Shown here one piece after another: positions 36,795-43,645 of a DNA stretch of 63,820 bases. The position numbers and the translations under genes were made by a program. Positions within the stretch are counted from its first letter, which is position 1. Each line of letters starts with the position of its first letter. Source of the stretch: Candidatus Gottesmanbacteria bacterium (GTDB lineage: Bacteria; Patescibacteriota; Microgenomatia; JACOXO01); NCBI GenBank assembly GCA_016182365.1, contig JACOXO010000018.1, positions 1-63,820 on the forward strand, written 5' to 3'. Under the pieces are notes generated by a model. That model saw only the letters and a program-made list of their open reading frames with translations. It was not told the DNA's origin and did no database searches.

Positions 36795-37406
36795 ATGCCG
36801 CAGACTCAATCTACAAAGAAAAAGCAATCACAATTAACAAGCGACTCATTATTCGAGCAACTTCGAAGTCTTTCAGCTGGAGCGAAATCTTCTGTTAAAA
36901 ATGACCTGGTTAAGGGCGGAGCTCAGGCTGCTTGGAAGCAGTTCTGGGGTGCCGAGACTGATTCATACTCATCTGAAACTGGTGCTTCTTTTGAGAAAAT
37001 GGCACCTCCTGAGGAGGTAGAAAGAAAAGGTCCTCCTAAACGAGGTGCTTATGAAACTCGCCAGGAATTTACCGTATTTACACTAGAACAAAGACAAACT
37101 ATACAGGAAGTCCAGGCAATTAGAGCGGAACTTTTGGCAATAATTAAGACCATGAAAGACGTAGATTATGAAGTAGAAAAAGCTGTCATGGAAGTTCCTG
37201 TTAAACCAGGTGTTTATCATGTAGCGTATCTGGAAAGAATCAGAAGAGTTTTAAAGCTTATTAGGGAAAGACTTGAGGATTCCAGATTGTGGCTTAGAAT
37301 GTCTAATTCAAAGAAAAAAGCCAGAGGTTATTGGGGTATGTATAAGAAAAAAGGTACCAGTTTTGGATTATCTGGTGAAAGAACAGTTGCAACCCAAACC
37401 GGATAA
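36795..37406 (+). CDS. Hypothetical protein
   Basis: 203-aa ORF with a basic C-terminus. TATAAT ends 6 nt before the ATG. Confidence 0.5.
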   Translation: MPQTQSTKKKQSQLTSDSLFEQLRSLSAGAKSSVKNDLVKGGAQAAWKQFWGAETDSYSSETGASFEKMAPPEEVERKGPPKRGAYETRQEFTVFTLEQRQTIQEVQAIRAELLAIIKTMKDVDYEVEKAVMEVPVKPGVYHVAYLERIRRVLKLIRERLEDSRLWLRMSNSKKKARGYWGMYKKKGTSFGLSGERTVATQTG

Positions 37407-37415
37407 TATAAAAAT

Positions 37416-37910
37416 ATGCCTTCTCCTGATTTAGAATATCTACGCTTTAAAGATAGATTCCAATCAACACCTCGTAGCTTTGGAAATGAAGATGATAAGG
37501 GTATCGATTTAGGAGATGGCGCTACAATAATGATAACTAAACGCGGAAGGGATCAAGGCGTAATACCACCTGTATTCGAATTTACTATCTTTCAAGAACC
37601 AAACAGTCCAGGTGGTCCTAAATGGTCATTTATGATAGACGAACAGGGATTAAGAAGCCTTACTGTTCCAGCTGTAGTTCACAAGTCATTGCAGGCTAAT
37701 AATTTTACAGTCTCCCAGTGGGACAGCACGACAACATTAGAAGCATATAGAAATTCTCTACCCAAAGATTGTCATACTGAGGAATTTAGAGCGTTAACAA
37801 AACCTCTTATTGGTTGGGTCGAAACAATGATATCTGAAAATCATTATGTAAATCCCCCCTCTTTTTCTTTTACTGTATCACCCTTCCGTACTGACTTATC
37901 CAATTTATAG
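37416..37910 (+). CDS. Hypothetical protein
   Basis: 164-aa ORF. TAATAT ends 6 nt before the ATG. Confidence 0.5.
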   Translation: MPSPDLEYLRFKDRFQSTPRSFGNEDDKGIDLGDGATIMITKRGRDQGVIPPVFEFTIFQEPNSPGGPKWSFMIDEQGLRSLTVPAVVHKSLQANNFTVSQWDSTTTLEAYRNSLPKDCHTEEFRALTKPLIGWVETMISENHYVNPPSFSFTVSPFRTDLSNL

Positions 37911-37942
37911 ATAAAATTGTATAAAAATGGACGGTATACCGT

Positions 37943-37972
37943 TTGACAAAATAAGCAGTTGTGGAATATAAT
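37943..37972 (+). promoter_or_regulatory. Promoter: TTGACA, 18-nt spacer, TATAAT
   Basis: Consensus hexamers at 37943-48 and 37967-72, in the gap after the 37416..37910 gene. Confidence 0.65.
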
Positions 37973-37991
37973 GATTGTTAGTTTAAAAACT

Positions 37992-38069
37992 ATGAATAGA
38001 CAAAACCTTCTTATTAACGTCATTAATGTCCTCCTTATTGGAGGAATTGACGTGTTGGGAGGAATGTAA
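37992..38069 (+). CDS. Candidate leader peptide MNRQNLLINVINVLLIGGIDVLGGM (25 aa; 12 Leu/Ile/Val)
   Basis: ATG 19 nt after the -10 box. Leu, Ile and Val make up 8 of 11 codons between codons 6 and 16. The ORF contains pairing segments TCCTCC, GGAGGA and GGGAGG. The stop lies 28 nt before the terminator. Confidence 0.5.
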   Translation: MNRQNLLINVINVLLIGGIDVLGGM

Positions 38070-38097
38070 ACTAGAAACCAAATTATTAAAAAATTAC

Positions 38098-38124
38098 AAA
38101 CCTCCTAAACAGGAGGTTTTTTTA
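38098..38124 (+). terminator. Intrinsic terminator (attenuator) AAACCTCCT-AAAC-AGGAGGTTT followed by a T-tract
   Basis: 9-bp perfect stem plus 7 T. Lies between the leader ORF and the structural genes. Confidence 0.75.
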
Positions 38125-38233
38125 TGCTGTAGTTTGCGAGCTACAAGCAAGCAAATACTACAGCATAATCCTTCGAAGCGAATATTCGTCTGCGGGGACG
38201 TAGCCCACGAGACGAACATGAGCGAAGGAGGAT
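38124..38233 (+). promoter_or_regulatory. Post-terminator hairpins in the ilvA leader
   Basis: ATGCTGTAGT-N23-ACTACAGCAT (38124-38166) with a loop containing GCGA. Nested TCCTTCG...CGAAGGA enclosing TCGTCT...AGACGA (38169-38231), containing GAAGCGAAT. Confidence 0.5.
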
Positions 38234-38253
38234 AGATTAAAAGGAGAAATCTT

Positions 38254-38517
38254 ATGGAAAATGGTAAAGGAGCAAGTGCTGCAGACATAATGGCTATGAG
38301 AATAAATGGAGGTGCTATGTTTAGTATACATAAAGATGCGCTAAATGGTACTAGTCCGCAAGAACACATACAAGCAATGTATGGGAAAATGGTCCTAATC
38401 GGAAAAGTGGAAACCTTAAAACAAGACCCGTATGTTGTTGTGTATGCTAGAGTAGCAGAACGTCCAGAACCACAACCAAACAAACCTAGTACTAACGGTA
38501 AACAATTACATTTTTAA
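38254..38517 (+). CDS. Hypothetical small protein (87 aa)
   Basis: ORF with a clear SD (AAAAGGAG) 7 nt upstream. No known motif. Confidence 0.5.
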   Translation: MENGKGASAADIMAMRINGGAMFSIHKDALNGTSPQEHIQAMYGKMVLIGKVETLKQDPYVVVYARVAERPEPQPNKPSTNGKQLHF

Positions 38518-38531
38518 AGGCGGTGATATTT

Positions 38532-38780
38532 ATGAAGGAATATCAAACAGCAATTCGAAGAACAGCTGAACAACAAAAGCGAGATTGGACTAAACCATTG
38601 GGAGATATAAGAGGAACTCAGGTAGCTCAAGATGTATTTCAAGCATACGGCGAAGTTGATCCTATCATAGGTACAGTCAAAGTATTCTCAAGAGCAATGA
38701 TTGAGACTCATTTTGAGACTGATCCGAGAGAGGCGGCTGCTAGAGCGTCAAAAAGAAAACCAGGCAAACCAATAGCATAA
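38532..38780 (+). CDS. Hypothetical small protein (82 aa)
   Basis: Preferred start is the ATG at 38532, preceded by AAAGGCGGTGA; the track uses a GTG at 38523. Stop overlaps the ilvA start region. Confidence 0.5.
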   Translation: MKEYQTAIRRTAEQQKRDWTKPLGDIRGTQVAQDVFQAYGEVDPIIGTVKVFSRAMIETHFETDPREAAARASKRKPGKPIA

Positions 38781-38781
38781 T

Positions 38782-40032
38782 ATGAAAACAGATTTAACTA
38801 TTGAATCTATTGATGAGGCGAGCCTTAGACTTAAAGGAGTGGTTAAGAAAACTCCGCTTCAATACAATAAAAGGCTATCTAATCAATATAAAGCTCATGT
38901 TTATCTTAAAAGGGAAGACCTGCAGGACGTCAGATCATACAAGATAAGAGGAGCATATAATCTGATGAGTACGCTAACCCTTGATGAAAAAAAGAGCGGT
39001 GTAGTTTGTGCCAGTGCAGGAAATCATGCCCAGGGAGTGGCTTTAAGTTCTTCACTTCTTAAAATTAGATCAGTAATCTTCATGCCATCAATAACACCTT
39101 TGCAAAAAATAAATAAGGTTAAGCATTTTGGCGGGAGATTTATAACTATTAAATTAGTCGGTCAAACATATGACGAGGCAAGTCACGCTGCTAAGGAATT
39201 TTGTAAGAAAAACCATATGGTTTTTGTACATCCTTTTGACGACTTAAGAACTATTGCCGGGCAGGGGACTGTTGGCAAAGAAATATATGATCAAAAAACT
39301 GCTAGCCTCGATTATGTATTATGTCCTGTTGGCGGAGGCGGTTTAATAAGCGGAGTATCAAGTTATTTAAAGGCTAAAGACAGTAAAGTTAAAATAATTG
39401 CTGTAGAAGCAGAAGGCGCTCCAACGTTATTTGAAGCATTAAAAAATAAAAAGATCGTGGATCTCAATAAAGTAGACACTTTTGTAGATGGCACTGCAGT
39501 TAAAACATTAGGTAAAATCCCTTTTGAAATAGCAATAACTAAGGTTTTTAAATCTATTCTAGTTGCCGAGGGTAAAGTATCAACAACTATGATTGAGCTT
39601 TATCAAAATGAAGGAATAGTCACTGAGCCTGCTGGAGCTTTGTCGGTTGCTGCACTTGAGGAGATAAAAGGGGAGATTAAAGGAAAGCATGTGGTCTGTA
39701 TTATAAGTGGTGGAAACAATGATATTTTAAGATATCCAGAAATAATGGAGAGAAGCCTTGTTTATCTGGGACTGAAACATTATTTCTTAATTGAATTTGC
39801 CCAAAAGCCCGGTCAGCTTAAGAAATTTGTAAATAAAGTGCTTGGACCGACTGATGACATTGTAAGGTTTGAGTATATGAAAAAAACATCTAAAGAAAGA
39901 GGGCCTGCATTAATCGGAATTGAACTTCAGAGGAAAAAAGATCTTAAAAGACTGCTTGATAAAATGAATAAAGAGGGAATAAGATATACTAAACTGGAAA
40001 GTAGCGACCCGTTATATAGTTACTTAATATGA
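38782..40032 (+). CDS. ilvA: Threonine ammonia-lyase (threonine dehydratase), short biosynthetic type with one C-terminal regulatory domain
   Basis: 416 aa. PLP-lysine block DLQDVRSYKIRGAYN; SAGNHAQGVA; glycine loop PVGGGGLISG; C-terminal ACT-like domain. Confidence 0.9.
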   Translation: MKTDLTIESIDEASLRLKGVVKKTPLQYNKRLSNQYKAHVYLKREDLQDVRSYKIRGAYNLMSTLTLDEKKSGVVCASAGNHAQGVALSSSLLKIRSVIFMPSITPLQKINKVKHFGGRFITIKLVGQTYDEASHAAKEFCKKNHMVFVHPFDDLRTIAGQGTVGKEIYDQKTASLDYVLCPVGGGGLISGVSSYLKAKDSKVKIIAVEAEGAPTLFEALKNKKIVDLNKVDTFVDGTAVKTLGKIPFEIAITKVFKSILVAEGKVSTTMIELYQNEGIVTEPAGALSVAALEEIKGEIKGKHVVCIISGGNNDILRYPEIMERSLVYLGLKHYFLIEFAQKPGQLKKFVNKVLGPTDDIVRFEYMKKTSKERGPALIGIELQRKKDLKRLLDKMNKEGIRYTKLESSDPLYSYLI

Positions 40033-40403
40033 AATACATAGATACTAATAAAGCACCAAAAGTAGTAGGCCCCTATTCACAGGCAATAGTATCTGGGGAT
40101 TTTGTTTTCCTTTCTGGTCAAATTGGTGTTAATCCCAAAACAAATAATTTAGTTGAAGGAATTGAAAACCAGGCAAAACAAATTTTTTCCAACATAACAG
40201 AAATTTTAGAAGCTGCTGGGACCGATAAAACAAAGGTATTGAAAACAACTGTATTCATTAAAAACATTTCTGATTTTGCAAAGGTAAATGAGCTTTACGA
40301 GTCCTTCTTTGAAGGACATAAACCTGCAAGATCAACTGTTGAAGTATCCAGCTTACCCAAAGGGGCACTTATTGAAATCGATACTATTGCCTCTCTTAAA
40401 TAA
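40029..40403 (+). CDS. ridA: RidA (2-iminobutanoate/2-iminopropanoate deaminase)
   Basis: 124 aa. APKVVGPYSQAIVSGDFVFLSGQIG...KTTVFIKNISDFAKVNELY...PARSTVEVSSLPKGALIEID. ATGA overlap with ilvA. Confidence 0.9.
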   Translation: MKYIDTNKAPKVVGPYSQAIVSGDFVFLSGQIGVNPKTNNLVEGIENQAKQIFSNITEILEAAGTDKTKVLKTTVFIKNISDFAKVNELYESFFEGHKPARSTVEVSSLPKGALIEIDTIASLK

Positions 40404-40419
40404 CTAAGTTTGACAATTC

Positions 40420-40428
40420 TGATATAAT
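40420..40428 (+). promoter_or_regulatory. Extended -10 promoter element TGaTATAAT
   Basis: TG-n-TATAAT lies 8 nt upstream of the leader ATG. The nearby TTGACA (40410-15) is only 7 nt away, so it is not a functional -35. Confidence 0.45.
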
Positions 40429-40436
40429 ATATTTTT

Positions 40437-40523
40437 ATGAGTAAACAATCGTTCCAAACATTTTATTTTTGGTTTTACTTTACAGACCTCAAGTTTGGGG
40501 GGATTGTTTTGTTTAAGAAGTAA
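40437..40523 (+). CDS. Candidate leader peptide MSKQSFQTFYFWFYFTDLKFGGIVLFKK (28 aa, aromatic-rich)
   Basis: Codons 6-15 are F Q T F Y F W F Y F. The ORF is followed by an intrinsic terminator and then pheA. Confidence 0.55.
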   Translation: MSKQSFQTFYFWFYFTDLKFGGIVLFKK

Positions 40524-40547
40524 AAAGTAGAAAAATAAACAACTAAC

Positions 40548-40571
40548 AACCTCCCAAACGGGAGGTTTTTT
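40548..40571 (+). terminator. Intrinsic terminator (attenuator) AACCTCCC-AAAC-GGGAGGTT followed by T6
   Basis: 8-bp GC-rich stem plus a U-tract. The upstream TTTGGGGGG (40494-40502) can pair with its 5' arm CCTCCCAAA. Confidence 0.75.
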
Positions 40572-40573
40572 GA

Positions 40574-40707
40574 TGGGAAAGTTAACGCGATTGCGAGTTT
40601 TACTTTCCCACATCCCGCTCAGCGGGATTATGTGGTAAATAACGTAATTTTGTCCCGCGAAGCGGGACATAGAAAGACTAAACTCTAAGAATTCGTTAAG
40701 TCTTTCT
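40574..40707 (+). promoter_or_regulatory. Four post-terminator hairpins in the pheA leader
   Basis: TGGGAAAGT-N19-ACTTTCCCA (40574-40610, loop ACGCGATTGCGAG). ATCCCGC-TCA-GCGGGAT (40612-28). GTCCCGC-GAA-GCGGGAC (40652-68). AGAAAGACT-N19-AGTCTTTCT (40671-40707). Then SD AGGAGG. Confidence 0.55.
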
Positions 40708-40727
40708 TATGAAAGGAGGTGAGTTTT

Positions 40728-41582
40728 ATGACAGAAAAAGAAAAAGCCGGATTCCAAGGCATGCATGGAGCATTCAGTGATATTGCCGGAAGAAGATATT
40801 TTGATGGGAATGTATTAACTGTACCTTACGAAAGCTTCGAACGAATGATGGAAGCAGTTAGCAGAAGTAATTGCACATATGCAATTTTACCCATAGAAAA
40901 TACAGTTGCAGGAAGCATATATCAAAATTACGATCTTTTAGGAGAGTCTGGTCTAGCAGTAGTAGGTGAGGTATCTTTAAGAATTAAGCATAATCTTTTA
41001 GTAACTAATCAACCACCGCTTGATCAACAAGAAAGGATAGCGATCCTAAAAAAAGTTGGGTCTCACTTTAAAGCATTAGAACAATGTATACGATTCTTTA
41101 GGGATAATCCACATATTCAACAATCTGTCGAATTTGATACCGCAGGCTATGCGGAAGTCGTTGCGAAACAAGGCACAATTTATGACGGAGCAATTGCAAG
41201 TAAAACTGCGGCCAGACTTTATAGACTTCATGTATTAAGAGAAAACATTGAAGATAATCCAAATAATATAACCAGATTTTTAGTAGTTGGAAGAGAAAAA
41301 CAGTTATTTGGTCAAAAAGCTTCAATCAGATTTACCTTAAAACATGAACCGGGTTCTTTATCACGAGCAATCGCTGCTTTTGCCAGAGAGGGACTTAATT
41401 TAACAAAAATTGAATCTAGGCCTTTGATCGGTAGCCCGTTTGAATATTTATTCTATCTGGATTTTGAAACCGGAAATGATATGACAAGAACTGGAGTAGC
41501 CATTGAGAGTCTAGGGATGGTCGCAGATAGTTTAGACATTTTAGGTTACTATGACAAAGGGGGAATTAGTCAAGAAGATTAA
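40728..41582 (+). CDS. pheA: Prephenate dehydratase with a C-terminal ACT domain
   Basis: Preferred start is the ATG at 40728, 8 nt after AGGAGG (40714-40719); the track uses a GTG at 40719. FQGMHGAFSD...ILPIENTVAGSI...TRFLVVG... ACT domain with TKIESRPL. Confidence 0.9.
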   Translation: MTEKEKAGFQGMHGAFSDIAGRRYFDGNVLTVPYESFERMMEAVSRSNCTYAILPIENTVAGSIYQNYDLLGESGLAVVGEVSLRIKHNLLVTNQPPLDQQERIAILKKVGSHFKALEQCIRFFRDNPHIQQSVEFDTAGYAEVVAKQGTIYDGAIASKTAARLYRLHVLRENIEDNPNNITRFLVVGREKQLFGQKASIRFTLKHEPGSLSRAIAAFAREGLNLTKIESRPLIGSPFEYLFYLDFETGNDMTRTGVAIESLGMVADSLDILGYYDKGGISQED

Positions 41583-41609
41583 GTATCAAAAATTAATAAG
41601 GAGTAAAAT

Positions 41610-41876
41610 ATGTCAGTTGAAGGTGAACAACCATTATTACCCGAAGGTAATGCAACAAATAACAGTGTTTTAAATAATCATTTAGATGCTCATACAATAC
41701 CAAGTATTCCGGCAGTTGAATTTGAAGCTTTTCAGGATGTTGTGGATAATATTCCAATGCACCCATATCACAATGAACTAATACTATTTTCATTGTGGGA
41801 GGAGCGGCGCAAATCAAAAGGATGTAGGACGGATTTACAACTTCAGCCAATAAAACCTAAACAAACAAAAAAGTAA
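41610..41876 (+). CDS. Hypothetical small protein (88 aa)
   Basis: ORF with SD AAGGAG 7 nt upstream. No known motif. Confidence 0.45.
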   Translation: MSVEGEQPLLPEGNATNNSVLNNHLDAHTIPSIPAVEFEAFQDVVDNIPMHPYHNELILFSLWEERRKSKGCRTDLQLQPIKPKQTKK

Positions 41877-41900
41877 GACTGGACTGATATAATTAAAGTT

Positions 41901-42965
41901 ATGAACCCGCAAATTTTATATGACATTTTTGAAAAAGCAGGAAAAGCAAGGGCATCGGGAAAAGATGTTATTAAACTTAATGTAGGTGAACCGGAACAAA
42001 GTCCTCCTAAAGAATTGTTTAAGGCAATTGAGAAGTCTTTAAAATCAGGTCGCACTACTTATGGTTCTGCTAGTGGTGATCCAAATTTAAGAGAACTTTT
42101 GGCAAAAGAGCATGGAATAAAACCAGAAAATGTTTTAATAGGTCCGGGATCTAAGTTTTTGATTTTTGCCACTCTTAAATTATTATCAAAGACGAAAGGA
42201 AAAATAATAATTCCTCTTCCGGCCTGGAGTGCATTTTCACTAATGTTTAAAGATTTGGGCATTAATAATATCCATTACCTAAAAACCACTGAAAAAAATA
42301 ACTGGCAAATAAATATTTCTGATTTAGAGAAAGTGGTTAGAGGATCAATTATTATTACCAATCCAAATAACCCCACAAGTACTTTATTTGATTATGCTTC
42401 TATCTTAAAAATATGTAAAAGAAATAGAATAAAAATAATTAAAGACTGTGCATATCAGGACTTAACTTTCTATGAAATAAAAAATAAGGTGGACTTAGAA
42501 AATACTATTGAGATTCACAGCTTTTCAAAAAAATTCTGTATGACTGGGTTTAGAATAGGGTATATGTTAGCAAACTCTACTATAGTTTCAGCCTTAACTA
42601 AGTTTATGCAGATAACAATAAGTAACGTCCCCCTATTTATTCAAGACGGTGCTTACCATCTTCTTAAAACAAATAAAAGTTTTCCAAGAAAAGTAGCATC
42701 TGTTTATAAAAAAAGGGTAGAGGTAATAGGCAAAATTTTAACAGATAATAATGTTACATTTGTTAAACCAAATGCCGGATTCTATATTTTTGCAAATATA
42801 GGAAGGCCCAGTGAAAAATTATGTTTAGAACTAATTGATAAAGGGGTAGCTTTTGTCCCAGGTACAGCTTTTGGTCCATACCCAAATTACATAAGGATAT
42901 CATTAACTGAAGACGAGAATAGGCTTAAAAAAGGAATTAATATTCTCATAAAGAATCTGAATTAA
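41901..42965 (+). CDS. Class I/II pyridoxal-phosphate aminotransferase (aspartate/aromatic type)
   Basis: 354 aa. NVGEPEQSPP; NPNNPTS; PLP-lysine block HSFSKKFCMTGFRIGY; FVPGTAFG..IRISL. TGaTATAAT ends 7 nt before the ATG. Confidence 0.85.
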   Translation: MNPQILYDIFEKAGKARASGKDVIKLNVGEPEQSPPKELFKAIEKSLKSGRTTYGSASGDPNLRELLAKEHGIKPENVLIGPGSKFLIFATLKLLSKTKGKIIIPLPAWSAFSLMFKDLGINNIHYLKTTEKNNWQINISDLEKVVRGSIIITNPNNPTSTLFDYASILKICKRNRIKIIKDCAYQDLTFYEIKNKVDLENTIEIHSFSKKFCMTGFRIGYMLANSTIVSALTKFMQITISNVPLFIQDGAYHLLKTNKSFPRKVASVYKKRVEVIGKILTDNNVTFVKPNAGFYIFANIGRPSEKLCLELIDKGVAFVPGTAFGPYPNYIRISLTEDENRLKKGINILIKNLN

Positions 42966-43644
42966 CAGGTGGAGTTTTAGCAATAACCTCCCACCATTGT
43001 TCACCTTCTAGCTCGTCACGATTTATTGAAACAGTAATGTCAGTAAAACCAGCATTCTGTAATGTTTTATTTATTTGTTCTCTAGATGAAAATAATAAAT
43101 TATTCTCCTTCAGGTATGACCAATAACCACGAACATCTTTATTGTCTGCTTGATTGAGGTCTTCGGGAATCATTGAAGGATGATGCAAATAAAAAATTGC
43201 AATTCCATAGTTTGCAAGGACTCTATAAGCTTCATTGATTGCAACCCTGGGCATAAAGTCAATTGCGTGATTACTAAATACAAGTCCAAATTTAGAATCG
43301 GGAAAAGGCAAAATAGTACCATCTGCCGGAACATGATCAACTTTATATTTTTTTGCCAGAAGTCTTGCTTTGGCAATTCTTGCTTTATCCAGAGAAAAGA
43401 AATTATAGCGGGTAGGATACTTAATACGACGCATATCTAATAACTGCTTCTCTATTGATTGTGGACCAGAGCCTATGTCTAGAATATTTGGAATAGGTAT
43501 ACCGCCAATCAGATAATTTTTAATTCTTTGTGTCATACTAACCCTGCTTTGATCTGGACTATCGTGTTTGTAAAGAACACGATTATAGTTTAATGCATAA
43601 CCTTGAAGTAAAGATTGTTCTGGCGTAAGTTGTGTGTTTTCCAT
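42946..43644 (-). CDS. Class I SAM-dependent methyltransferase
   Basis: 232 aa. Motif I ILDIGSGPQSIEKQL; FGLVFSNHAIDFMP. Abuts the PEPC stop. Confidence 0.65.
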   Translation of the reverse strand: MENTQLTPEQSLLQGYALNYNRVLYKHDSPDQSRVSMTQRIKNYLIGGIPIPNILDIGSGPQSIEKQLLDMRRIKYPTRYNFFSLDKARIAKARLLAKKYKVDHVPADGTILPFPDSKFGLVFSNHAIDFMPRVAINEAYRVLANYGIAIFYLHHPSMIPEDLNQADNKDVRGYWSYLKENNLLFSSREQINKTLQNAGFTDITVSINRDELEGEQWWEVIAKTPPVNSDSL

Positions 43645-43645
43645 A

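Noticed and set aside
38026-38483. Track ORFs 38026..38235 (+) and 38094..38483 (-) across the ilv leader region
   Set aside because: They run through the terminator and hairpins and are antisense to or overlap the SD-led ORF at 38254. They have no start context. They are best explained as chance ORFs in structured non-coding sequence.
40410-40415. TTGACA as the -35 box for the phe leader promoter
   Set aside because: It is only 7 nt from the TATAAT (about 17 nt would be needed). The extended -10 TGn motif is the more plausible promoter determinant.
40612-40668. CRISPR-like interpretation of the TCCCGC-N3-GCGGGA hairpins (they resemble the stem of type I-E/I-F repeats)
   Set aside because: Copies are solitary or about 40 nt apart with no constant repeat-spacer periodicity. 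The flanks are not conserved as 28-37-nt repeats. No cas genes are present in the window.
40404-40670. Track ORF 40404..40670 (-), 88 aa
   Set aside because: It lies entirely antisense to the pheA leader (leader ORF, terminator, hairpins). It has no promoter or SD logic, and its composition is dictated by the hairpins.
40437-40727. T-box riboswitch upstream of pheA (also considered for ilvA and thrS)
   Set aside because: I could not find the conserved T-box sequence (AANNNGGGTGGTACCGCG-like), a specifier loop with a GA motif, or AG-bulge/distal-loop motifs. The leader-peptide model fits better.
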